From NCBI GenBank assembly GCA_044352465.1, contig JBILDU010000010.1, forward strand, positions 1 to 44,631: a DNA stretch of 44,631 nt. The letters run 5' to 3'. This stretch comes from Bdellovibrionota bacterium (lineage in GTDB: Bacteria; Bdellovibrionota_C; UBA2361). A program made the translations under genes and the position numbers. The notes below the pieces were generated by a model. It did not search any database, was not told where the DNA came from, and saw only the letters and a program-made list of their open reading frames with translations. Positions 8,939 through 18,693 of the stretch are shown one piece after another (the stretch's first letter is position 1; each line of letters begins with the position of its first letter).

Positions 8939-9703
8939 ATGATCCTCATGCTTCCCCCAAACGAAAGCTACCCAACTGCGGCGCGCACACTCCTCGCGAC
9001 CGCGCGCCACGGAGTTTTGTCGACTCTTTCGGTTTCCGCGGACGGTTATCCCTTCGGCTCCCTCACGCCTTATCTCATCGACGACGCCGGGCGAATCACG
9101 ATCTACATCTCTTTTATCGCCGAACATTACCGCAACCTCGCTCAAGATCCCCGCGCTAGCCTACTCGTGGCCGATCCTTTCGGTGACTTCGACCCTCAAG
9201 CGCACGCACGGGCGACGGTGCTCCTGCGGTTTGCCCCGATACCGGAGAGCGAGGTGCCGGCGATCACTCAAGCATACGAGGCACGCTTCCCCGCTTCGAT
9301 TAATTATGCGATCGCTCACAACTTCACCTTCATGCGAGGAGAGGTAACACAGGTTCGCTGGATCGGAGGATTCGGCGCTATCGCCTGGATCGACAAGGAG
9401 AGCTTCGGGCAAGCCTGTCCCGATCCGCTCGCCGCGACAGCTCTCGAGATCGTGAACCACATGAACGCGGATCATCGCGACGCACTCGTCGATATCGTGC
9501 GAGGATTGAGCTCGCACGACCCAGAGGGAAAGCAAGTCACGCTGGTCGGCATCTCCTCCGCGGGCCTCTCTCTTCGGCTCAAGGATCATACCGAGAGCTA
9601 TGCGGTCACGATCCCCTTCCCTGCGCCGATCGCCCCCGCCGACGCCCGGGGCGCGGTGATACGACTTCTTCGGGAGGCACGAAATCATCTTGCGAGGGCG
9701 TAG
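8939..9703 (+). CDS. HugZ/HutZ-like split-barrel (PNPOx family) protein with C-terminal DUF2470-like domain
   Basis: GVLSTLS..DGYPFGS, AEHYRNL..DPRASLLV, RWIGGFG and HMNADH. Confidence 0.85.
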   Translation: MILMLPPNESYPTAARTLLATARHGVLSTLSVSADGYPFGSLTPYLIDDAGRITIYISFIAEHYRNLAQDPRASLLVADPFGDFDPQAHARATVLLRFAPIPESEVPAITQAYEARFPASINYAIAHNFTFMRGEVTQVRWIGGFGAIAWIDKESFGQACPDPLAATALEIVNHMNADHRDALVDIVRGLSSHDPEGKQVTLVGISSAGLSLRLKDHTESYAVTIPFPAPIAPADARGAVIRLLREARNHLARA

Positions 9704-9773
9704 GTAGGATCTTTTGTTGCGCTGGCGATGGAGCGTTGGCAAGATGACTCCAGTACCATTTCGAGATTTCACT

Positions 9774-10397
9774 ATGCATCATCCTTCGCGTCTCAAAGCT
9801 CGCTCAGGTGCTGTTGCGGTGAGCCTCCTCCTCGCGACACTCGCGGTTCTGGCGGCTCCCCCAGCGGTCGACTCTCAGGTCTACAAGACGATCGATAAAG
9901 ATGGGCAGGTCCACTATTCGAGCGTTCCGCCCCAAAAAGGTGCTAAACCGGCTGAACTTCCAAAGATTATGCGGGCCGAGGTGAAACTCACCGAGAAGCG
10001 CATTGAGACGTGTGAAAGACACGGTGGCGTTAATTGCCAAGCCGGCGCGGACCAAGATGGTTCGGTCATCTGCTATGACGGCTTTACCGATGCGACCGCT
10101 CGATTTCGCTTTTCATGTAGTACCGCGAAGCTTGAGATCACCGAGGTCTCAAATCTCTCGGAGTCGGGTGGATTCACAGTCTTCGTACGGAATTCGAAGT
10201 CCGTTAAAGCCGCTGAATCCGCCTTGATCTTCAAGCCACAGGGAAAGAAAGAGGTAAAACTTCTGGGCCCAACCGAGATCGAACCGTTCGGAGTAGCTGA
10301 GTTTGTCTACGAGCCACCAAAGGGCAAAGAGGAAAGCCTCGCACTCTCGAAACCAAGTCTCGCCGAGCTCGATGTTGTCTGCGCAAACTGCTCGTAG
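9774..10397 (+). CDS. Exported DUF4124-domain protein with Cys-containing C-terminal region
   Basis: Signal-like N-terminus, then VYKTIDKDGQVHYSSVPP (DUF4124 pattern). Later CERHGGVNC...CYDG. Confidence 0.75.
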   Translation: MHHPSRLKARSGAVAVSLLLATLAVLAAPPAVDSQVYKTIDKDGQVHYSSVPPQKGAKPAELPKIMRAEVKLTEKRIETCERHGGVNCQAGADQDGSVICYDGFTDATARFRFSCSTAKLEITEVSNLSESGGFTVFVRNSKSVKAAESALIFKPQGKKEVKLLGPTEIEPFGVAEFVYEPPKGKEESLALSKPSLAELDVVCANCS

Positions 10398-10493
10398 AGT
10401 TCGAAGCTAAGAGGTGCCATCTGCACTCACCGCACGCGCCTGAGGTTTCATCCTCTCAGCTTAATCCGACGAGCCTCCTCTCACCGGGGGCGC

Positions 10494-11054
10494 TTACGAG
10501 TCACTGGGCACCTCACGCTGCTCACGTACAAGCGCCGCAATCCACTTGTCAGCGCGCGTGAACATATCGCGCCGCAGCACCTCGGCGGACCCGCCGATAT
10601 CAAGAAGGTGACGTGCCCCACTGACGACGGCGAGATGCCCCAAGGGGAACTCCCCACTCGCGATACCCGCACGAAGCTTCTGATCGCGGATGTCCGCCCA
10701 CTCCTTATCTGACCGCCCAACGGAAAGCTCAATCGTGCTCCGTTCGAATGTAAGGTTAAGCGCCGGATTTTTTTCGAGGGTGTCGAGGACAAGGCCAACG
10801 ACGAGATCACGTTGGCGAATCTCAGGTACCGCTTGCTCAACCTGGCGCAGGAAATCGAGCACCGATTTACCGTCGATATAAAGCTTGAGAGTCGGCCCCG
10901 CGGCCCCACGGCTGAGCTCGATCCGATGCTCGAGCACAAGCTCTTGACGCCTCTCGTTGCTCACAAGCTCGCGGGTCATCCCCCGAAGCCCCACCTCGTT
11001 TCCAAGAGGTGAGGTGTCAGGGCTCACAGCGGCTTTTTTTTCGGGCGAAGTCAT
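10494..11054 (-). CDS. Hypothetical protein
   Basis: 186-aa ORF with AGGAG RBS upstream of the ATG. No recognisable motif. Confidence 0.6.
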   Translation of the reverse strand: MTSPEKKAAVSPDTSPLGNEVGLRGMTRELVSNERRQELVLEHRIELSRGAAGPTLKLYIDGKSVLDFLRQVEQAVPEIRQRDLVVGLVLDTLEKNPALNLTFERSTIELSVGRSDKEWADIRDQKLRAGIASGEFPLGHLAVVSGARHLLDIGGSAEVLRRDMFTRADKWIAALVREQREVPSDS

Positions 11055-11440
11055 AACAATTGCTCTCCTTAGATCGCCCGACCTCTCTTACTGGAACAGC
11101 GGCCAAAGGAACGACCGGCGTTCGACGTCTGGAGAACCGGGCAGGTCGCACCATCCTCCGGCGAAGGAGATACTCGTTCGCCGCACAGGCCGGCAGAACC
11201 ACCCAGAACCTCCCCTCCCCCTAAAACCGGTTATGAGGCGCCACCTCAGCCGTGTGTCGCGAAAAAAAGAGCCGCAACAAGCCGGGCTTTGCGCCGATGA
11301 CTATGACTCCGGCCGCAGCGGCGGGAGACTCGTCTCCCACGACTAAGGCACTGAAATGAGACTCTTTTTCCGATTCTGCTAGTATGGAAAGGAGGGCCTT
11401 AATTGCCCTCCTCGTTCACGTACCGTAACCTAAAGGATCT

Positions 11441-13072
11441 ATGCTACCCCGCTCGACGATCGAACGGCTCGTTCCGATCCTAAAGAAGGACGCCCGCCGT
11501 GCGCTCCGTATGCGGGTGGCCGGCTTTCCACGCCCCTACTTCTGTTCGTTTCTCCTCCGCGACATCGAGTGGTTTAATACCTGGTCGAGTAGCGGGTCGA
11601 TGTATCGACGCCGCGCCGACCATACCCGGAACGTCTACGGTGATATCCGCGTAGGGAGCTATCGGTACGATCAAACGACCGATGGCGGGCTCTCCGACAA
11701 CGACGAGGAGCGCGAGTCGGTCCATCACGTGACCCTTCCGATCGACGATCGAGTCTACGATGGCCTACGACTCGCCTTATGGCGTCTGACTGAAGCGAAG
11801 TTTCGGGAAGCGCTGGCGGACTATAACCACAAGGAATCAAACCGTCTCTCCACTTTTGATCCCTCCGGTGCACTCCGCTCGTTTGTACCGAACAAACGGG
11901 TCCGCGCGGTACGATACGAGTCCGCTGAGCACGTGGATCAAGAGAAGTGGGTTACCTTTTGCCGCAACGCCTCAAGGTGGCTCTCCGAGCTCCCCCATGT
12001 CTCGAGTAGCTGGGTTGAGTTTGATGCCTCGCAGGAGTCGCGCCTACTCGTCAACACCGAGGGCTCCGTAGTCGTTCAACACCAACGAGTTTTTTCGATC
12101 GCTGCGACCCTGCGTAAGCTCTCGAAGGATGGCTCTACCCTCGAGCAAGAGCTCGTCGTGAACGCGGCAACACAAGCTGAACTCCCCACCATGCGCGACT
12201 TTAAGAAGCTCGTACTCAAAAAACATCAACAACTTTTAAAGCTCATCCGCGCGAAAAAGATCCACTCGTTCTCCGGCCCCGTACTGCTTTATCCGGGTCC
12301 CTCCGGCCTACTTTTCCACGAAGCGATCGGGCACCGCCTTGAAGGGAGTCGCCTCCTTTCGAGCGGCGAAGGTCAGACCTTTAAAGGTCAGGTAGGGAAG
12401 CGTATCCTGAACATCGATCTGACCATCAGAGATAATCCGCTCCTGCGCGCCTATCGAGGGATACGGTGCATCGGCTCGTATCGTTATGACGACGAGGGCA
12501 CCCCCGCAAGAAACACCGTCCTCGTCCAGGATGGTATCTTAAAAGATTTTCTGAATACCCGTGCAGCTATCACCCGCCGCGGGCATATCCCGAACGGCCA
12601 TGCACGGAGTAAGAAATTTCAACGGCCGATTAGCCGCATGGGTGTCACCATCGTTGAGGGGAAGAAGACGAAGACTCTTCACGAGCTCAAAGAGCTTTTG
12701 ATAGCGGAGATCAGGAAGCAAAATAAGCCCTTTGGGATGATCGTCTATGAGACCTCCGGCGGTGAGACCGATACAACCTCGTATGACTTTCAGGCTTTTT
12801 CAGGTGAGATATCATACGCCACCCTCGTTTATCCAAATGGGAGGGAGGTGTGTGTTCGCGGCGTCAACTTCGTTGGCACTCCCTTACAGGCCCTCAATAA
12901 TATAATCGCGGTGGGCAAAGAGCAGGAAATTGATAACGGCTACTGTGGGGCCGAATCCGGTTTTATCCCGATTACGACGATCGCTCCAGGAGTACTCCTG
13001 AGCAACCTCGAACTTCAAGCGAAGGAAGAGGAGCTCGTTACCCAGTACATTTTGCCCCGGCCGAAATTGTAG
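11441..13072 (+). CDS. tldD: TldD/PmbA-family metalloprotease (TldD-like)
   Basis: LLFHEAIGHRLEG (HExxGH), YDDEG, NGHAR and C-terminal GYCGAESG. Confidence 0.88.
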   Translation: MLPRSTIERLVPILKKDARRALRMRVAGFPRPYFCSFLLRDIEWFNTWSSSGSMYRRRADHTRNVYGDIRVGSYRYDQTTDGGLSDNDEERESVHHVTLPIDDRVYDGLRLALWRLTEAKFREALADYNHKESNRLSTFDPSGALRSFVPNKRVRAVRYESAEHVDQEKWVTFCRNASRWLSELPHVSSSWVEFDASQESRLLVNTEGSVVVQHQRVFSIAATLRKLSKDGSTLEQELVVNAATQAELPTMRDFKKLVLKKHQQLLKLIRAKKIHSFSGPVLLYPGPSGLLFHEAIGHRLEGSRLLSSGEGQTFKGQVGKRILNIDLTIRDNPLLRAYRGIRCIGSYRYDDEGTPARNTVLVQDGILKDFLNTRAAITRRGHIPNGHARSKKFQRPISRMGVTIVEGKKTKTLHELKELLIAEIRKQNKPFGMIVYETSGGETDTTSYDFQAFSGEISYATLVYPNGREVCVRGVNFVGTPLQALNNIIAVGKEQEIDNGYCGAESGFIPITTIAPGVLLSNLELQAKEEELVTQYILPRPKL

Positions 13073-13159
13073 GGCGGGGAGACTCTGTGCTTGCCACGCT
13101 TATGCGACTTTTTCGCAGAATCTCCCATAACCTGTCTATAGGTTGTTAGGGGGTTCTCT

Positions 13160-13918
13160 ATGTCTAGTCTTGCTCGAGCTGTACATGCTCTTTCGGCCGC
13201 AGCGCTGCTCTTCTTTGCTCAGCTACCGCTCGTCTCTTTTGACGCAGCCGCTCAGTTTGAATCGGCACGCAGCGATGACCCCCTCACGGACGGAGAGATA
13301 GCTCCCCCTGGAGGTGAGCTATCGTGTGTTGCCCCCCCGACGCGGGAGGAGATCGAGGCAACTATTGAGGCCGTTCGCAAAGAGCTCCGGAGACTCGGCA
13401 ATTGGGGGCTCCGGCCTTTATGGAACGATGTCATAAAGGAGTGGCTTGAGGGTATCGGGGCCCAGGACCTACCGGGGGCAGCAGGGCTCCTCTGCTCAAG
13501 CGAGAAGACGCTTGAGGAGCTCGTCAGAGATTTGAATGGTGGGGGTAATCCTTATAAACCCGGCGTCATCGACAATTACTTCGGCTTCGACATGCCACAC
13601 TCTCCACTGTACGATCCAAGCCGGTTGCCGAAATTAAAAGAGTTGATAGACCGTATTCACGACAAAACGGACTCTCCGGCATTGAAAGACGCCCTCGAGA
13701 GGGCCGCGCAACTGATCGATAGGCTCCGGGCGCTCTTCGATATCTGTGGACCACCAAGCCCCGCAGAGCTGGAGCTGCTTAGTGACTTGTTTGGAAATTT
13801 TAAGAATTTGATCGACAACGTGATCAAACGACCGAAGGAAAAGCTTAGCTATGTGGGCGACGGAGCGCGCCCCCTCCTCTGCGCGACGCTCGTGACGGCC
13901 GAGGGAAAACTTTTGTAA
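13160..13918 (+). CDS. Hypothetical exported helical protein
   Basis: AGGGG RBS and signal-peptide-like N-terminus (…FDAAAQ). No known motif. Confidence 0.6.
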   Translation: MSSLARAVHALSAAALLFFAQLPLVSFDAAAQFESARSDDPLTDGEIAPPGGELSCVAPPTREEIEATIEAVRKELRRLGNWGLRPLWNDVIKEWLEGIGAQDLPGAAGLLCSSEKTLEELVRDLNGGGNPYKPGVIDNYFGFDMPHSPLYDPSRLPKLKELIDRIHDKTDSPALKDALERAAQLIDRLRALFDICGPPSPAELELLSDLFGNFKNLIDNVIKRPKEKLSYVGDGARPLLCATLVTAEGKLL

Positions 13919-14145
13919 AGCTCGTTAAAGCGGAAATCGGCATAGCACCTCCGAAAAACCAAAGGATCTCTATACCGAGGAATAGCGCGTGGCCTACATC
14001 AAAGCCGTTCATCCCTACCGTCGGGTGAATTTCCACCAAAGCTCATAGCCTCTCCCCATTCAATCGTATCAAAAAAAATAACGGGATTGAGGAAACGAGT
14101 CGTTGTGGCTGCAGAAACAGAGCACTGCCCCCCTCAGGAAACACC

Positions 14146-15105
14146 TCACGGTACCAGTACGATCTTCCCATACGCCCCCGCCGCAAGCACCGCTTCGTGA
14201 GCCGTCGCTGCTTGCCCTAAGGGGAACGACTGCCCCACGACGGGGCGAATCACTCCCGCGGTAAGCCGTGCATGGATGGCAGCGTAGATCTCGTGACGCT
14301 CGACCTCCTGGGCGTTAAAGAGAGAGAGACCTTGAATGGTAGCCTCACGCATCATCGCCTCGCGAGGATCGATCTCGATCGTGCCCCGATTCCCTACGAT
14401 AACGATTCGTCCACGGAGAGCGATGAGCTTCAGGTCGTGGGTAAGATTCTTGTTTGCGAGCATCTCGATAATGACCGCGGGACCGGCGCCACCGGTAAAA
14501 TGCAAAACCGTCTCTCGATAGAACGGATCGGTGTGATCGACGGTGAAGATAGCACCGTTCGAGCGAATGAGCTCGAGCCCACGCGCGGTGCCTGCGGAGG
14601 CGATTACTTTACATCCGTGAGCAGCGGCAAGTTGAATCGCGGCGATCCCAACTCCACCGCTACCGCCGTGAACAAAGACGAACTCCCCGGGGCGCACTTT
14701 GGCGTGCTGAAAAAGGGCCCGGTATGCCGTGGCGTAGGGGATGTTAATCGCGGCTCCCTGCGCATAGGTGATCGTATCGGGCAACGGGTGTACCTGGCTG
14801 GGGGTGCAGACGGTATACTCAGCGTACGAACCGGTGAGGGTTGAAGAGGTAAAGACCCGCTGACCAACCTCGAACCTTGCGACGCCGCTGCCAATCGCCT
14901 CGATAGTTCCCGCGCCGTCGGCACCGGGAGTATACGGCAACGGGCGGGGTCCCCGTGCCCCTGAGCGAATGTAGGTATCAACAGGGTTTACTCCCACCGC
15001 GTGAAGCCTGACGAGGAGCTCCCCGGGGCCTGGAGAAGGGGTAGGCACCTCCTCAAGTTTTAAGACCTCTGCTCCCCCGAACTCATGCACCCGAATAGCT
15101 TTCAT
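14146..15105 (-). CDS. qor: NADPH:quinone oxidoreductase (zeta-crystallin/MDR family)
   Basis: MKAIRVHEFGGAEVL, GVNPVDTYIRSG, PYTPGADGAG, HGGSGGVG and GKIVLVP. Confidence 0.93.
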   Translation of the reverse strand: MKAIRVHEFGGAEVLKLEEVPTPSPGPGELLVRLHAVGVNPVDTYIRSGARGPRPLPYTPGADGAGTIEAIGSGVARFEVGQRVFTSSTLTGSYAEYTVCTPSQVHPLPDTITYAQGAAINIPYATAYRALFQHAKVRPGEFVFVHGGSGGVGIAAIQLAAAHGCKVIASAGTARGLELIRSNGAIFTVDHTDPFYRETVLHFTGGAGPAVIIEMLANKNLTHDLKLIALRGRIVIVGNRGTIEIDPREAMMREATIQGLSLFNAQEVERHEIYAAIHARLTAGVIRPVVGQSFPLGQAATAHEAVLAAGAYGKIVLVP

Positions 15106-15185
15106 AGGCTTGAAGTTATTCCGAAATAGTTCGCATCCTTTCCAACCGTTAAACATCCCAACGGTAGAAGTTGAGGTTTTAACCT

Positions 15186-15890
15186 ATGTCTCCCAGCCGG
15201 TTACCGAACACGGGCTCGCCCTTCAAACGCCGTTCGATACACCTCGGGTTCGCCCCCGAACAACCCCAACAGCCGTCCCCACCGTACCAGGTTCCGAACG
15301 AGGAATGCACCGTATTAGTGGTGAACGCGAGCCACGAAATGGCGAAAGAGATTACGATAGAACTCGCCCTCCAGATCCCGGGATGTTCGATCATGTACTC
15401 GCCCTCGATCGAGATCGCGAAACTGATGCTCAGTCGACGGCGGATTAACCTCGTCGTTTCAAGCCCGATTCTTCCGGATGGAAGCGTTGAGAAACTACGG
15501 GGTGCTCTCGAGCGCCTTGAAAACGCCCCGGACGTCGTCGTTGTTGGAGCGGTCAGCGCCCGCAGCGCGGAGGCCTTAACCGCAGGTAGCTACGAATTTA
15601 ACTCGATGCGCCGACTCGGACCGGAGAGTGAGCCAAGTTATCCGATTATTCATCGCCGCGGTCAGCCCCCGATCGATCGAACGATTAAAGATCTCGGTGC
15701 CGACATCCGGAACGATCTCAACAACCCCCTCCAAGAGATCGTTGCGATGGTATTCGTAGCTCAAGCAGGTCACACCGTCTCTCCTGCAACGGAGCAGGCG
15801 CTTCAAGCGATCGATCAAGCGGCGAAGAATATGGCGAAAGTCGTCAATCGACTTGAAGATAAAATCCGCGACGCCGTCGTCACCCGGTAG
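15186..15890 (+). CDS. Degenerate receiver domain fused to HisKA-like helical hairpin
   Basis: REC-like pattern (VLVV…INLVVSSPILPDGS…PDVVVVGA) and H-box-like 'IRNDLNNPLQEI'. Confidence 0.75.
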   Translation: MSPSRLPNTGSPFKRRSIHLGFAPEQPQQPSPPYQVPNEECTVLVVNASHEMAKEITIELALQIPGCSIMYSPSIEIAKLMLSRRRINLVVSSPILPDGSVEKLRGALERLENAPDVVVVGAVSARSAEALTAGSYEFNSMRRLGPESEPSYPIIHRRGQPPIDRTIKDLGADIRNDLNNPLQEIVAMVFVAQAGHTVSPATEQALQAIDQAAKNMAKVVNRLEDKIRDAVVTR

Positions 15891-16096
15891 TTTAAAAAAC
15901 TCGACCGTCTCACCGACTTCCCTCTTCGACCCACGTTTACCCCGGCAAGAGTCGATCTTCGCCGCTTCGAAACTGGGGTATTCCAACTGATATTGAGGCA
16001 GTCCCCTCCTTCCCTCGGCGCAACCTACGCATGGGAGGTCGCATAACTTCAAAGCAAAGAGAGAGCGGCCGAAGAACATTCGCAAGGTGAAGAGAT

Positions 16097-16840
16097 ATGA
16101 GTAGTGACCTTGGAAATAACCCCGAAAGAGACAGCCGATCAGACGCACGGAAGGCTGAACCAACAGGCACACCCCGGCCAGAAGATATCGCCTCATCCCA
16201 CGCCTCAATCTCGGAGGCACGAATTCAGCACGCTCGAGGGATACTCAAGACAGAGGGTTTCAGCGCGGAGCAGATCGACACGATCCAGGAGAGATTCTTC
16301 GGGAATGAGCTTCGGGTCTATCGTCCCCAATTTGGGGAACGTGTCTCTGATGTCGCAAAGGCGATGATCGAGCTACGAGACCTCTCGACGGTTCCGGTGA
16401 TAGCGAGATTCGGTAGTGTCCTCCTCATCGCCGAGCTGGGTAGCACCGCTCACTCGGTGTTCGAACAGTATACGGCTGAGGTTAAACGCGAGTCCGAAGC
16501 GTACTGGACACCCGCCCGGTTCGCCGCGAAAGCGGCTGAGGAGAAGGCGCAGGCCGAACACGCCGAGTCACGCTTTAAAGAGCTCCCGGATTTCTTCAAG
16601 GCGTGGGTGAACCAGTGTGGCGACGGGAATCACGGTCGCGTTCTCAATATCCTCATCGCCGCCGATGCTCAACTCGTGGCCGACCGTCTTAAGACGGAGC
16701 AGGATATCCGGGCATGGTATAAGCTACCGCTGGAGAACCAGCGCAACATCGTTCCAGGACTCTCCAGTGGTCACAGCGGAGCGAGTTTTGCACAGGTCGT
16801 CGGCTTGGCGATCGGCTACCTCGAAGAGGCCGGCGCCTGA
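16097..16840 (+). CDS. Hypothetical protein
   Basis: 247-aa ORF with AAGGTGAAG upstream and C-terminal 'GHSGASF'. Converges on recJ. Confidence 0.7.
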   Translation: MSSDLGNNPERDSRSDARKAEPTGTPRPEDIASSHASISEARIQHARGILKTEGFSAEQIDTIQERFFGNELRVYRPQFGERVSDVAKAMIELRDLSTVPVIARFGSVLLIAELGSTAHSVFEQYTAEVKRESEAYWTPARFAAKAAEEKAQAEHAESRFKELPDFFKAWVNQCGDGNHGRVLNILIAADAQLVADRLKTEQDIRAWYKLPLENQRNIVPGLSSGHSGASFAQVVGLAIGYLEEAGA

Positions 16841-16864
16841 TCCTCCGATTCAAGCCACCGCTAA

Positions 16865-18613
16865 TTATGCGGCGGAAGCCGCCGCCACGACCGCCTGAAG
16901 GTGGGCTTGTATCTCAACATTTCCATTAAAGTGATTCGAGTCGGGCCGGAAAGCGATGTCAACTTTGTTACCGATCGCGAGTTGTGGGTGGCTTGTGTGT
17001 CGCCATAGAAGCCCGACGATAGCCCTCTTTCCGTCGGTAAAGGTGGCCTTCAGATGAGCTTCTTTGAGCACACGCACCTCTTGAACCCGTACCCCCCGCG
17101 CTACAACGACGGGGTTCGGATTCCCCATACCGAACGGCGCGAACTGTTCTAGCTCGTCGATGAGGCGGATATCGACCTCACTCAAACTAACCTCGGTATC
17201 TCCATCTACATAGGGCGCCGTTTCGAGCTTTCTTAGACGGCGGGCGCACTCGTCGTTGAAGGCGGCGGCGAACTCTTCAACGTTTTCGATCGCAACCGAA
17301 AAGCCCCCCGCCCCCTCGTGACCGCCGAACTTAATTAGATGCTTCGATACGGCGCCAAGGGTATCAACCACGCTCAATCCCTTGATACCCCGTACCGAGC
17401 CTTTGTAGATCCCATCTTTATCGATACCCATGACCGCGGCGGGTCGATAAAAGATCTCAACGAGTCGTTGCGCGACGATTCCGATGACTCCGGTATGGAA
17501 ATCGGGCTCCCAGACGACGATCCCCGCAGGTAGCTCCCCGGCGGCGTGAATCATCCGCACGGCGATCTCTTTTACCTGATTCTCAGCCTCCTGGCGTTCA
17601 AGATTTAATCGGTTAAGACGCTCCGCGATCGAACTCGCCTTTTTTGAATCGGTCGTCGTGAGCAGCTCGATAACGAGATCGCCGTGCACCATACGTCCGG
17701 CGGCGTTCAGACGGGGTCCGATACCGAAAGAGACATCAGAGCATCCCACCGAACCTTTTACTCCCATGACGTTTTTGAGCGCCTGCAGACCCACCCGTTC
17801 GCTCACAGAGAGCTCCTCAAGTCCGCGCTTCGCGATCGTTCGATTCGCTCCCGTCAGCGGAACCATATCGCAGATCGTCCCAAGACATGCGAGATCGAGG
17901 TAACGCCGTACATCGACCGCTTTTGCCTGCGGGAGGACCCGTCGAAGCGCCACAAGAAGATACCAGGCAAGCCCCGCGGCACACAGAATCTTATCGGCGA
18001 ACCCACACCCCTTCTGATTCGGATTGATGAAAATGTCCGCCGGAGGATTTTCGACCACATGGTGGTGGTCGATAACGATCGTTTTAAGTCCTAACTCACG
18101 GGCAAGGGTAAGTTCGCTCTTATTCGTCGTGCCGTAATCGATCGTGATGACGAGAGCGAAACCCTGCTCGGCGATATCCCGTATCATCCCCTCGTTGAGG
18201 CCATAACCATCCTCAAACCTATCAGGTACGAAGACTTTTGCCTGTACCCCAATCGCTCCAAAAAAATGGAGGACCTGGGAACCGCCGGAGAGGCCATCGA
18301 CGTCAAAGTCACAACAGATCGCGATCGATTCACCTGCTTCGACCGATTTTTTTATGAGCGCACATCCCGCATCGAGGTTCTTTAAACTCGTCGGCTCGGG
18401 GAGACTCTCTTTGAGGCTGGGATTGATGAAGTTCTTCAGACTAATGTCGTTCTTAAATCCGCGAGCGGCGAGGATCCGTCCGGTGACAGGTGTCAGGCTG
18501 TATCCACTGGCGATCGACTCGGCAAGCTCGAGATTCTGAGTCCGTAGTCGGATCCGTTTGTGAGCGACGCTTACCCCTTCGGGCTTGCGCTCGATGCGGT
18601 GGGGAATAGCCAT
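16865..18613 (-). CDS. recJ: Single-stranded-DNA-specific exonuclease RecJ
   Basis: DFDVDG, PDRFEDGYG, IDHH, GPRLNAAGR, FGGHEGAGG and PFGMGNP. Confidence 0.97.
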   Translation of the reverse strand: MAIPHRIERKPEGVSVAHKRIRLRTQNLELAESIASGYSLTPVTGRILAARGFKNDISLKNFINPSLKESLPEPTSLKNLDAGCALIKKSVEAGESIAICCDFDVDGLSGGSQVLHFFGAIGVQAKVFVPDRFEDGYGLNEGMIRDIAEQGFALVITIDYGTTNKSELTLARELGLKTIVIDHHHVVENPPADIFINPNQKGCGFADKILCAAGLAWYLLVALRRVLPQAKAVDVRRYLDLACLGTICDMVPLTGANRTIAKRGLEELSVSERVGLQALKNVMGVKGSVGCSDVSFGIGPRLNAAGRMVHGDLVIELLTTTDSKKASSIAERLNRLNLERQEAENQVKEIAVRMIHAAGELPAGIVVWEPDFHTGVIGIVAQRLVEIFYRPAAVMGIDKDGIYKGSVRGIKGLSVVDTLGAVSKHLIKFGGHEGAGGFSVAIENVEEFAAAFNDECARRLRKLETAPYVDGDTEVSLSEVDIRLIDELEQFAPFGMGNPNPVVVARGVRVQEVRVLKEAHLKATFTDGKRAIVGLLWRHTSHPQLAIGNKVDIAFRPDSNHFNGNVEIQAHLQAVVAAASAA

Positions 18614-18693
18614 AATCGATGCGGCGACAAGAATTTACTTTAAATAAGTTGCACTACGCCGCGGAAACGATGCGTTTTTTGGCGCAGGAACTC

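Noticed and set aside
11055..11440. Short hairpins and a 129-aa ORF in the divergent gap before tldD
   Set aside because: Stems are short and expected by chance at this GC content, and the ORF is Arg/Pro/Ser-rich and overlaps another gene.
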